In this document: one piece after another, positions 52,201-64,000 of the stretch
How the letters are laid out: each line of letters starts with the position of its first letter
Numbering within the stretch: the stretch's first letter is position 1
DNA from: Guillardia theta CCMP2712
Lineage: Eukaryota > Protista > Cryptophyta
Assembly: GCF_000315625.1 (NCBI RefSeq)
Contig: NW_005434616.1
Coordinates: 288,500 to 352,499, forward strand
Reading direction: 5' to 3'
DNA length: 64,000 nucleotides
Translations under genes and position numbers: made by a program
The notes under the pieces: generated by a model
The model's input: only the letters and a program-made list of their open reading frames with translations
Database searches by the model: none
Told to the model about the DNA's origin: nothing

Positions 52201-52307
52201 TGCTCTACTTCCATCCTCCCATCCTCCTGCTCTCCTGCCCAAGTGCTCGTCACCTCGCCTCCCCTTCGCCCTGCTCGGCAGAATCAGCCATAAAGAGCTT
52301 TGCAACC

Positions 52308-52760
52308 ACCCCCTTCTTGGTACTGAAAAGGGGGGGTGAGGGTTACTGACATATTTGTCCCAGTGGGATAAAGAAGGGTGGTGAAAGGGGAAACGGGGGG
52401 TACATAATGGAAAGATCGCTTTTCCTGGGGGTAGGGTCAACAAAAGCTGTGAGAGAGAAATGACCCAAAATAGGGGAGAAAAGAGGAAGACAGCAAATTC
52501 TTTATAAATACATTACAGAGGTAAGTTTTGCTGCCTTTATTTGTGATATAGAAGTGGAAAGGTGAGTAAACAATTTTAGTCTAGTCCGGGAGTACCGGTG
52601 GGTAAAAATGAATAGACCGGTCCAAGAATTATTTGACCCTACGAGGGTAGGGGTAAATGGTATAGATTACCACGGGTGGTATGCTCGTTCTAGGGTTGAA
52701 GGTGGGTGGGGCAGTCTTAAATTAGGTGGGGTGGAGTGAAGGGGGGGAGGGGGGGTAGGA
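52308..52760. promoter_or_regulatory. G-run (GGGGTA/GGGTGG) tract upstream of CWC21 in a divergent intergenic region
   Basis: ggggggtac, gggggtagggt, gggtaggggta, ggtgggtgggg; CpG-poor. Confidence 0.4.
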
Positions 52761-52796
52761 CTCGTGCGAGCCCGCGCGGGGAGGGAGAGCGGCGCT

Positions 52797-54106
52797 ATGT
52801 ACAACGGAGTCGGTCTGTCGACGGTGCGCGGGTCGGCCACCAATGGCTACGTGCAGCGAAACTTGGCGCATGTTCAAGGGAAGACAAGGGTGGACTACCA
52901 GAAGGAGCTGGAGAAGGGGATGGCGAAGCCGTCCCTGGCCAGCAAGGAGCCAAGTTGGGAGATTCTTGAGCATCAGAGGAAGCGGCAGACGGAAGTGAAG
53001 ATCATGGAGTTCAGGATCGCGCTAGAGGACAAGGGCGTGAGTGAGGACGTCATTGAAGAGAGAGTCGCTGAGGTCAGACGCAAGCTCGAATCTGAGGTGA
53101 GTGGGATGAGATTTCTGCTGCTGTGGCCAGTTGTGCCCGTTTGCAGGGATTTGACACCGCGCCATGCAGAGCATGCATGCGAACTTGGACACTGGCGCGA
53201 AGAAGTTGACAGACTCGCATGCGCTAGCTCAAGCAAAAGCGAGGGAGGCGCAGCGATTCGCGTCAGCTTTTGGGATCCGAAGGGACCACACAGAAGGAGA
53301 GGCGTTTGACAGGGAGCTGCAGGAGCAGAAGAAAGCTGAGCGACAAGCTGCGCGCGAGAAACGGTAAGTCACTTCTCGACGTGTGCAGACTAGCCTGCAG
53401 CCTGATCTCCTTGGATTGTTCAGTGACAGGGAGAGGGAGGAGGATGAGAAGAGAAGGGAGAAAGCAAAGAAAGCCGCAGAGAAGAGGAGGAAACGGCAAG
53501 AGGAAGAAGATCGCGCAAGGTAACCAAGCATGTCGCTTATGAGACCTGATCCCGAGGCCAGGCCGGAGGGCAGAGATCGAGAGAAGGACAGGAGCCGTGA
53601 GAGGAGAGACTCGAACCCCGATAGGAAGCGATACAGGTCGAGGTCGAGGTCGCCTCGTGAACGGTAAGGATGCTTTCTCCTTGGCCGCTGTGCGTTGATC
53701 CTCCTCCCCTCAGCTCCCCGTATCGCCGACGATCTCGCAGCCCTCCGCGCCGCAGGTCGAGATCTCCTCCTCGAGGTTGTAGCTTGCTTCTTTCCATGTT
53801 GTAGAGAGGGTGATCTGTGTGCAGAGCGACGCGAGCCAGACCGAGAGGAGAGGAGGGACAGGAGAGGTGAAAGAGATGATCAGAGGAGAAGGCGCTCTCG
53901 CTCCAGGTGATAGAATACGAAACTTATAGATCGTAGTCGTGAGCTCGAACGCTGCAGGAGCGCGTCGTCGTCGTCGTCGTCATCATCATCATCATCATCG
54001 AGCTCTTCCTCGGTAAATCTTGTCCCTGACCCTCCAACGCTGCTGCCCTGCATGTAGAGAAATCTTGATCATTGACACTTTGCCGCAGTCGTCAGCTTCA
54101 AACTAG
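52797..54106 (+). CDS. CWC21: Pre-mRNA splicing factor CWC21 / SRRM2-like (cwf21 domain, RS-rich tail), multi-exon
   Basis: MYNGVGLSTVRGSATNGYVQRN, EILEHQRKRQTEVK..LEDKGVSEDVIEERVAEVRRKL, DSHALAQAK..FASAFGI..EGEAFDRELQEQKK, RS/RD-rich tail. Confidence 0.92.
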
Positions 54107-54365
54107 AGTGCGACTGTGACTCCTGCATGCCCTGTTCGCCCCGTCGTGATAGGCGAGATGCTATCTACGAAGGGGGGGCGAGAAAGGAAAATGCGCGATT
54201 TTTGGCAAGGAAAATGAAATCTCGAGGCTCACTGTGACGAAGAAATCGATTCTGTCTTGTGCTTGCCTGTAGTGTACATGAGTTTAAGATTAAACAACTC
54301 GAGATGGTTCGCTACTGGACACTACACCAGGGTTTCTGCGCAGGTTCGCTCTCCTGATGCATGCG

Positions 54366-56294
54366 TTAGGAGGACAAGTTACACACTGGGACAGAGAAAA
54401 AGGTCTGTCTCCGTCCCACCTGCAGTCTCCTGACTTCTTCTACCAGTGCCGGCAGTGTCTCGGTCGCTCTCCCCTGCTTTCATGTCAACCGCTCTGACGA
54501 CCAGGGGGGGACGTACTTGCAGGAACACGTCCGCGCTCTCCTTGCCTGAATCGTCCAAGTTGCAAACTATGAGCTGGGCAACGTCTGTCTCAGTAGATGC
54601 AGGTTAAGATCAAGTTTCTGACTACCTTGCCGAATCTCGTGTGAATCATTCCTGGAACTAGATTCGCCGGGGCAACCTCCACCTTGCGTCAGCGCTCCAC
54701 CAAGCAGCACCGAACACTTCCGGACAACACAGGAAACAAGATGAGAGCGAGAGCGAGAGGTACAGGGAGGGGGAGGGGGAGGGGCAGAGATAGAGGCAGA
54801 ACAAGAGGAAGAGGTAGAGAAAGGGCATCTACTTTCAACTACCTGCAAGGAAGTTCCCACGACGATGCACACGGAGGAGGCAAGAACCGCCTGCGTTGCT
54901 CTGCTCCAAAACATCACAACCTGTGGAGGAAACTGCAAAGATTTGATAAGTTTGACAGTACTTGAACATAGCCCCGGCCGGCAGAGCTTCACCGAAGAAC
55001 GTAACGTCAGCCTAGGACGAGGTCAGAGCGCGACCTCTAGACAGGACGAGGCCCTACCTTGAGGACACCGCCGCAGTTCTTGCAGACGGGAACGAAGTCG
55101 TCTTCACTGATCGGTCGAAACTTCTTGTCGTCGGGTTGTGCGATCCATTGCGATATCACTTCAGATTGCTCATACTGTCACCCGTCGGGACTTTCAGAAA
55201 AAGAGATAGAGAAAAAAGAACAACAAGGGAGCAAGCAGGTACGAGAAGAGCGATCAATTAGCAGGGTGGAGGGGAACGAGGAGATGAAATGAGATCATGA
55301 GCAAGACAACGAAAGCGCAAAGTGCATCAGTCAAACCTGCGTCAAACAGGACATGCATGTCGAGGTCTGGTCAGTACCATGAAGCTCGATGACCTTGTTA
55401 CTTCCAGCTGCCTGCGCACTTCAAAGCTCATGGAAGTACTGGAGGCAACCTTGTTTCACCTTGTGCAGCCCGTCTATGTTCTGCGTGATCACTGTAACTT
55501 TCTTCCCCATGTTCTGTAGCTCCGCCAGCGCCTGCAAACCTTCCTTTCAGCACCAGCGCGAGTGAGATGCTGGGACAGGCCACACCATGTGCGCAGCGTT
55601 AGGCTGTGCCTTTATCAATTTCCCCTCCTTCAACGCTTCCTCCTTCGTCCCTCCGTTCTGCACATGAATATCGAGCACAAGCTCCCTCGCCATCCGCCAG
55701 AACAGCTCCTGCCACGTACCAACTGTGAGTGATCCTGCTGTAAACAATCCTCCCAGCTACTCTCCCATCCCCGCTCACGCACAGGGTTGCTCTTGAAGAC
55801 ATCGTAGTTGCAGTACGTGAAGGGATCATACTTGCTCCACAGGCCTCCTGCTCTAGTGTGAAGGAGGAAGGAAAGGCGGACACGAGACACGTGTCACGAG
55901 GAGAGCCCACGGCATTGTACAAGGGTCGAGAATGTCAGGACAAAGATAAAGAGGAGGAGGATGGAAGCAGCGACTGATACAAGGAGCAGGGTAGAAGAGG
56001 CAGGAGCAGGGGAAGGAGAAGGAGAGGAAGGATCAGGAGATGCAGGAGCAGGGGGAGGAGAGGGAGAGGAAGGAGCAGGAACAGGAGCAGGAGCAGGAGA
56101 GGCAGGAGCACGAAGGGAAGAGGAAGGGGAAGGAGGAGGAGAGGCAGGAGCAGGAGCAGGAGGAAGGGGAGGGGGGGGGAGGGACCTGGAGAGCGAAAGT
56201 CTGGTATGCCTGACTCTACGCTGATCCCTGCTCCGGTGAAGACGCTTACCCGCGTCGCGCCATGGACAAGACCAGCTGCCCTTGCTAGCGCCAT
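54366..56294 (-). CDS. NAD-dependent deacylase, sirtuin (SIR2) family, multi-exon
   Basis: FTGAGISVESGIPDFR, GLWSKYDP, AQPNAAH, ITQNIDGLH, VIELHG..CMSC..CKNCGGVLK|ADVTFFGEALP, VVGTSLQ|VAPAN. Confidence 0.93.
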
Positions 56295-56491
56295 GCCGAC
56301 AACAGAGCAAACTCCGGTCTACCAACATACGTGGTCTATCTCCGAAGTGTCGCTCGACGAAGACTCAACCAAACTTGACTGTCACAAAGCTCCTCGTCCT
56401 CGTTCTCCTCCTCGTCCTCGTCCTCGTCCTCTTCTCTCCTCGTCCTCGTCCTCGTCCTCTTCTCTCCTCGTCCTCGTCCTCGTCCTCTTCT

Positions 56492-56524
<33 letters not shown>

Positions 56525-56766
56525 TGCTCCTGCTCTCCTTCCTCCTCAATCTGCATTCTATTCCCTCTGCCTGTTTCCCTCGGTTGTTTTAATTATCAAT
56601 ATCGGGCCTGTTTTCTTTTCAAGCGACGATAAGGTCATAAGAATCTTCAAGTTATTCTGTGAATCACTAAATTACATTCCTAACATCAAGCACTTTCACC
56701 ATTCCAACTCCCGCTCCTCCTCCCATCGTCCTACTCCTCCTCCTCCTCCTCTCCCTCCTCCTTCCC

Positions 56767-59700
56767 TCAAACCAGCAGGTCAAGAATCTCCCGCAGAGAT
56801 CGCAGAACCTCAGCGGCTGAAGGACGTCGCTCATACTCCTGCTCCCAGCACGCCGACATGAGCTGGGCATACTCCTCGTTCCTCCTCGCCGGAGGGTCCA
56901 CGATCTCGGGAACATCGAGTCTAGAGCCGGAGATCACAGCGTTGGCGATTTCACGAACCTGAGAGAGAAAGAAAGTTAGGGGCGGACGAGGAAGGATACG
57001 CGAGAGAGCAGATGATGATGATGATGATGATGAGGAGGAGGAGGAGGAGGAGGAGGAGGTGGAGGAGGAGGAGGAGGAGGAGAGGAGATGGGGAGAAGGA
57101 AGGAGGGGGAGGGGGGCGGGGGAGCATACATTCTTCTTATGATAGGGAGTCTTCTGCGTCCAGAGCTCCCACAGGACAACCCCCATGGCAAAGACGTCTG
57201 TCGCCTCATGGCGGAAGCCGCGCGTCATGAGCTCAGGAGCCATCCAATGCACCGTTCCCGGCTGGAAAGAGGACTTCGCCTCCTCCTCCTTCGCCTCCTC
57301 CTCCTTCTCGCGCGCGAGGCCGAAGTCTCCGAGCTTCAGCCGCATGGCCTCCGACACCAGAAGGTTGGGCGACTTGATGTCGAGGTGGAGGACAGCAGGG
57401 CGCAGCGAGTGGAGGAAGGAGACGGCGTCGCTCAGGTCGATACCCATCTGTATGCGCGTCCGCCATGGGATGGCAGAGCGCCGGAGCACCTTGTGCAGGT
57501 TCCCGCCCGCCACGAGCTCCATCACGAGCGCGAAGTGTCCTGGCTCGATGCAGACGCCAAGGAGGGAGCAGACGCAGGGGTGCAAGCTCCTCCTCATCAG
57601 CCTTGCCTCCTCGCAGAACTGACTGAACTCCGCGCTCGTCAGGTTCTGATTCGTCAGCTTCTTCACCGCCACTTCCTCCTCCTCCTCCTCCGCTGCCTCC
57701 GTCCTCCTCCTTCTCATCTTCCCCCGATTCACCACAGCGAAGTTCCCGCGGTCCAGCTGCCCTTGCAGCACGATGTCCTGCTTGCTGATCTTCCAGCCTT
57801 CCTTGTCCCTTCCCAGCGCATTCATCATCATCTCCTCCGCTACGGACGCGATCTCATGTGGAGCAGAGACAGGAGGGAGCGGTTTCAGCAGGCTCCTCTT
57901 CTTGGCCGGAGTCGCTTTCCCTGCTTGCGCACCTGCCGGGTGCTCCTGCTCCTGCTGTACCTCCTGCTCGACTCGCTTCTCTCCCTCGTCCTCGACTAGC
58001 AGGGATCTGTTGAAGTTCTCCTCCTTCAATTCTCTCTCATCCTCCTCCTCTGATCCTCCTCCTCCTCCTCCTCCTCCTCTGTCGAATTCCTCCAGCATTA
58101 CTGTGCGGCTATTGAGCTCCTCCCCACTGGCGTCTCTCTCCCGCAAGCCAGTCCCGCTCCTCCTAACTTGCCTCCCTCGCTCTATGGCCTGGATCCTCGT
58201 CGCTGCACGCTCCTTCACGTACTGCTCCTCCACCTCCCTTGCCCTCTCTTCCTCCGCTAGCAGCTGAATTGTTCCCCCCTCTTCCAGGGCATCCCTATCG
58301 GACCCCCGATCTCCTCGTCCTCAACCTCCCTCGTTCTCTCAAGGTCTTCCTGGTCCTGGTTCCCTTCCTCCCCTTCTCCTCTGTCCTCCTCCTCTTGTTT
58401 CAGAGCCCCAGTCCTCTCCTCCGCCTCAGCTGACCGCTTCCTCCTTCCTGCCAGCCTCTTCCTCGTCTGCATTCCCCGCACCCCCGCCTGGATCTTCACG
58501 GCCGATTTCTCCTCCGCGTATATCACTGCCTCCTCGTACTCCAGCTTCGATCTCATGGTCAACTGCAGCCCGGTCGGCGACTCCTCCTCCTCCTTTCGCT
58601 CCTGCTCCCGTCTCTTCTCCATCTCGAGCAACTCTCTCTTTGCCGCCTCTTGCCGCTCCTCCTGCTCCAGTTGCCGCTTCCTCTCCTCCTCCTCCCTCCT
58701 CGCCGCCGCCTTCCTTGCCTCCTCCTCCTTCCTCCTCTCCTGCTCCAAGCGCTCTTTCTTTGCAGCCTTCTCTCGCTCCTCCTGCTCCAGATGTCGCTTC
58801 CTCTCCTCCTCTCTCCTCTCCTCCTCTCTCCTCTCCTCCTCTCTCCTCTCCTCCTCCCTCCTCTCCTCCTCCGTCCTCTTCTCTTCCTCCATTGCCTTCC
58901 TCTCCTCCTCCTTCTTCCTCCTCTCCTGCTCCAAGAGCTCTTTCTTTGCAGCCTCCCTTTCCCGTTCCAGTTCTTCCCTCCTTGCCGCCGCCTCCCTTTT
59001 CTCTCTCTCCAGCTCCTGTCGCCTCAACATCTCTCTCTCTCTCTCCTCTCGCTCAGACTGCAGCTTTCTTGCCGCCTCCTCTTTTCTCTTCTCCTGCTCA
59101 ATCTTCTCCTTCCTTGCCGCGGCTTCCTTCTCCTTCTCCTCTCGCATCAGGAGCTCTTTCCTCTCCTTCTCCTCGGCCTCCTGTGACTTCCGTTTCTGCT
59201 GTTCCTTCCTTGCCTTTCTCTCCTCCTGCTGTAGCTGCAGCTTCCTCGCCTCCTCCTCCTTCTCCCGCTGCACCCTCTCCTCCTCCTCCTTCTCCTTCTC
59301 CAGCTGCAGCCTGAACTTGACTGCTTCTGTCCTCCGCGCGTGAGCCTGTAGCTTCACGCAGGCGAGCTCGTGACGCTCATCGTAGTCGAGGAGCACCAGA
59401 GCTCGTTGAACCTGCGGAGAAGGTAAGAGGCTCCACCTAAAAGTCTCCTCCTTCCTCTCACTATCTACTCCCCTCTCCCTCCCTCCCTCCCTCCCTCCCT
59501 CCTCCCTCCGTTCTGCCTAGCTGCTCCTCCTCCTCTCCCTCCTCCCTTTTCTCCCTCTCCCCTCTTTTCTCTCTCTCCTCTCTGTCCTCTTACATCGAAC
59601 ACGTTGATCTTCTGGGCGACGTGCAGATCAACGACGTCCATGATGTACTTGACAACTGGGGCAGCTGAGGAAATAAAAATCGTAAGAGGAGTCAAAACCC

Positions 59701-62581
59701 AGACGTAGATTTGAACTTAGGAAGACGTGATTTCATCGTGTTAGTGGAAAACAATGACAAACTCCGACAAAAGTCAATAGAAAAACGAACACGTCAAATT
59801 CAATCTTGCATCGACAACATCACACCAGCGCATAAACAAAGATGTCAAACTCCCACTTACAAGGCACGAAGCTGCAGCTCTGCAGCGCAAGAGAGACAAA
59901 GGAGCGATCCAGCAGCTCGACATGCTCCTCGTAGCTCGTTCCCTCCTCCCCTCCCCTCGTCTGCAGCTGATAAGGAAACCGGAACGTCCATTGGAACTTT
60001 TTGAAGTCCGAGCCGAGCAAGCGAGAAAGAGTGGCAATGGCCGATGCGACAGATACCTTCTCCTCCTCCTCGTCTTCCTCCTCCGCCTCCTGTTCTCCGT
60101 CTTCCTTTCCCACACGCCTCTTCCCCTTCCTCCTATCGACCAGCAGATCACTCCCCTGCGTAATCAGCTCCTTCCTCCTCTCACTGAACTTGCGTGCGGC
60201 TTCCTCTTGCGCAAGGACCGCTCGTCTCATCCTCTCCATCTCCACAATCCCCTGGGCCTCTTCCTCCCTCTCCTTCTGCCTCTCCTCCTCGATCCTCCTC
60301 CTCCTCTTCTCTTCCTCTGCTATCAGGTCAAGTGCCTCCTGCAACAGCCTCTCCTCCTCCTGCTTCTGTGCCGATGCCTGCAAAGGAGGCGTCAGAGGGC
60401 AAGAAGGATGGGTGGAGGACAAGGGGAGACGAGGGGATGTGGCGACAATATTGATAACTGAGCACAGGATGACAAGCACGGGGTAAGAAGGAGAAGGAGG
60501 AGAAGGAAGAGAAGGAGGAAAAGAAGGAGGAGGAGGAGGAGGAGGAGGAGGAGGAGGAGGAGGGAGGGATCGATTGGAGGCAAATAGGACTAGGGAGAGC
60601 ATGGAATGAGGAGTAAGAAGAACAATCATAGCAGCCCTCACCATCGCATGTCGGAGCATACTTTCCTTCTTGATCGCATACAGCTTTGCCTCTCTCTCCC
60701 TCCTCCTCCTCTTCTCTTCCTCCTCAACTGCTGACAACTCCCGCAACCTCTTCTCCAGCAGGTCCCTTCTCAAGTCCAGCAGACGCGCTTCATCTGCGTC
60801 CCCGTCTTCCGCCTCATCCGGCCCCTTCCTTCTTCCATCCTCCCCGTCTCTTCCTGCTCCTTGTTTGAGGAAGCTGGTGATGACATGAAGGTCTGTGGTG
60901 AGCTTGTCTTCTGCAACGCCCTCCTTCTTCTCGAACATCGTCACATCAATCCCGATCCTCTTCATCATCTCCAGAGTCTTTCCTTCCTCCTCCTCCACCT
61001 CCCCTTCACCAGAGCATGCCTTCAGCCTCTCCACCACGGGCCTGAGCATGGCATTCACATCCTCCGCGGTCTTCAGCCGTTTCACTTTCTTCTCCTCCTT
61101 GTCCTGCTTTTCCCTGACTGGCTCCTTCTGAACGATCCTCCTCCTCCCCACCTGATCGACTAGGGCAGGAGCTTGCAACTCAAGGAGGTCAGAGAACTGC
61201 AACACGTCGAACTTCGACTCATCATGCTCTCTGTCATTGGGCCTGTCGGGCTTCCTCGTCCTCTTCTCCAGCCTCAGCTTGGCAGATCTCATGGATTCTT
61301 GATGACTTCGAAGGATTTCAGTGATGTCATTCACTATCTTCCTCCTCCCTATGTGCTGAGTTTCGTCCTTTGACATGTAGTCGAGCCTTACCCTCTTCTC
61401 CCTCATTACCTTGCTGGAAAAGAAAGACATGTGAGTACCTAGACCACTCTCTCAGACATCTCCATCATCATCGTTGTCATCATCATCACCACCACCATCA
61501 CCACCACCACCCTTGTTCCATCTCCACGACATCGATTCATCGAAAAGAATCAAGGCCACCTTCTTGAATCCAAGTTGATCAGGCCGGCTCGTAAAACTTT
61601 CTGCGCTTCCTCCATCTCCTTCTCGGATCCTTGCAGAGCCTTCAGACAGACAGTCAGCACCTCCTCCTCCTTCCTCCTCTCGCCTCCTCCTGGTCTTCCC
61701 GCCTCCACCACCTCGCACTCCATCTTCCTCACGCTTCCCACTTGTCATCTCGCCACCTACAGCCTCCTCCTCCCGCAATCTACTCTCTCTCACATTCTTG
61801 AGTGCTGCTGTGAGGATGTTGGAGGAGGTGAAGCCGACTTCGAACAGCATGGCGTCCGGCATGCCTTCTAGCAGCTTAGGGTACGCTGCTCTCTCCCTCG
61901 TCCTATCTCCGTCTCCTCCCATATCTGCCTCCTCAATCAAGTACGGCCCTGCCTTCCCCAGCAAGCGAGGAGGTGGGTCAAGGTCTGTCTCCTGGATGAA
62001 AGATGACGAAATATTCCCTCTTCCTCCTCCTCCTCCTCCTCCTCCTGTGACAAATGAAGCTATCTTGATCTTTTGCGGCTCCTGTTTCTGCAGCAACATG
62101 TCCGACCTTGGCAAAAGCAAGAAGGGTCACATTAAGAACAACTATCCTGATCGTATGTACCTCTTGCTATCGTTCTTGCCTCCTTGTTCCTCTTGCTCCT
62201 TGTTTTCTGCCCTCAAGACGCCTCCGTTGCTCTCCTCCTTGTCCTCTTCCTCCTCCTTACCTGCGATTCCCTTCCCTCCTCTCCTCTGCAAGTTCATGAA
62301 GGCCTTGTTGGCTCGCTTCACCCTCTCCAGGTACACAAACTCTCCAAGGTTGACAACTTTTCCATCCTCCCACCTCCCTCCCACCTCGATGCCATCCACA
62401 AACGTCCACTTTCCCTCCCCGTGCAACTTATGCTCCTTCCATCCCCCGACGAACTTGAGTCCGTGAGAGTTCACCATCGTTCCCTGAGCCTCAGTCAGAC
62501 CACTGCTGCCGCCGCCATGCAAATTATTATCCCCATCATCATCCCCATCATCATCCCCATCATCATCCCCATCATCATCCC

Positions 62582-62672
<91 letters not shown>

Positions 62673-64000
62673 CACCTACTCCAACACATCCTCGGTCCAG
62701 CACCCCTCATCCCCTCTCCTCATATCACACCACTTCAGCATCCTACTTGCCCGCATCAATCCTCTCCTCCCTCCCTTCCCTCCCTCCAGTCCTCTTCCTC
62801 TCCACTCTCCTCCTTACCTGTCCATCCATCTTTCCGTCCTTCCATTCTCCGTCGTACCAGCTGCCGTCTGCCCAGGTCATTTTCCCTCTTCCGTGCTCTT
62901 TCCCCGACCTCCACTCTCCATCGTATTTCCTCATCTCCCCCCATTTCTTCACGCCCTTCCCATGAGCTTTGCCGTTCCTGAACCCTCCAACGTATCGTTC
63001 TCCTGATCCTCCTGTCATGGTGCCATGCCCGTCCGCCAGTCCCTAAGAAAGTTAAAGTTAGAAGGTTAACGTTACATCCTCTTCATCCTCCCTCCCTCCC
63101 TCCCTCCCTCCCTCCTATCTTAAACCTCCAAGCTCATCTCACTCCTTCCTCCTCCTCCTCTCTCACCTTATGGAAGGAACCTTCATAGATCTCCCCGTTC
63201 CCGAACCTGAGCTCTCCCCAACCATGCATCTCTCCTCCTACGAAGGCTCCGTTGTAAATATCTCCGCTCCTCTTGCTGCTCAACACGCCCCATCCGTGCG
63301 CGACGCTCCTCTCGACCTGCCCGACGTACTTGTCCCCGTTGGTCCACAGAAAGACCCCTTTCCCTTTCTCCTCGTCCCCAGTGTATAGCCCTTCACGAGC
63401 TGAACCCAGCGGGTTCTTCCATCGCATCCTCTTGTTGAAGACGGTCGACCTCTTTTTCTCTTGCTCCTCCTCTCCCACCTCGGAATCAGCCGTGGACACT
63501 TCTGTCCCACCTCCCTCCGAAGACCCACTCCTGTTCCCTTTTGTCTGCATCCGTTTCATCCTCCTCTTTACCCCGCCCTCCTTCCCCTTCTCCTCCCCTT
63601 CCTTCCCATCCGCTTGCACCTCTTCCAGGTACAGGGACTCACTGAAGACTACTCCAACCTTCTGGATCGCAACAGGAGCATCCTCCTCGCTCCTCCCGAT
63701 CTCTCCCCTGAGCCCAAAGAATCGCATCCCCGGGGGGATCGGGATACTGAACGACTTGTCCTCGTTCCCCGACAGCTCGCCGTAAGCGAACAGGCGCATA
63801 CTTGTCTTGAAGTAGATGTAGCTCAACCCCGTCCTGTTGAACACTCCTGCTATCTCAGTGATCCTGTTCCCGGAGGCTAGGAGGAAGGTACTCGACAGCA
63901 AGTCGTCTTGCTGCAGGTGCGGGCCACATCGCCTCTTCCCCTTGGGTGAGAGATACTCCACAGAAACATCAACGATGAGGTTGTTCTTTGAGTAGACAGT
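56767..64000 (-). CDS. Giant multi-exon protein (5' end outside the window): jacalin-like domain, MORN repeats, coiled coils, IQ motifs, C-terminal TKL-type protein kinase
   Basis: ITEIAGVF..YIYFKTS..YG..FFGLRGEIG..IQKVGVVF (jacalin-like). YxGxW..G..HGxG repeats. IQAGVRGMQTRK and IQAIERGRQVRR. Kinase motifs RGNFAVV, VAVK, HLDIKSPN, DFG, GTVHWMAPE. Linkage of all exons into one gene is inferred. Confidence 0.75.

Noticed and set aside
58555-59343. Long + strand Ser/Leu/Pro-rich ORFs
   Set aside because: They are antisense shadows of the E/R/K coiled-coil exon.

Overview
Eukaryotic nuclear DNA from a draft assembly with 5 N-gaps. It is gene-dense, has many ~40-60 nt GT/GC-AG introns plus longer introns filled with microsatellites, and encodes bipartite 'AxA-F' plastid targeting signals. 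This points to an alga with a red secondary plastid, probably a cryptophyte (Guillardia/Hanusia-like; inference). Most ORFs in the track are artefacts of simple repeats, so genes were rebuilt by hand across introns and their boundaries are approximate. Genes from left to right: a highly divergent Amt/Mep ammonium-transporter homologue (-), an intronless alpha-kinase-like + PDZ + MIB/HERC2-like protein (+), a thylakoid-lumen protein (-), an N4/N6-DNA-methyltransferase-like protein (+), epsin/ENTH (-), a secreted hypothetical protein (-), a GUP1/HHAT-type MBOAT (+), an EsV-1-7-repeat protein (-), a ~50-aa microprotein (+), a bacterial-like hypothetical protein (+), PTPA (-) with a duplicated last exon, further hypotheticals, a WW + IFT172-like + multi-TM locus (-), CWC21 (+), a sirtuin (-), and a giant jacalin-like/MORN/coiled-coil/IQ/TKL kinase (-). 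There are also degenerate retroelement-like relics and two classes of unusual intergenic tracts. The best lead is the Amt homologue: it keeps the twin-His pore and D160, but the whole NH4+ recruitment site is replaced, including two aromatic-to-lysine swaps (F107K, W148K in E. coli AmtB numbering), and it has a long cytosolic tail. It is a candidate non-ammonium (anion?) channel or sensor, and it lies head-to-head with a pseudo-alpha-kinase/PDZ gene.
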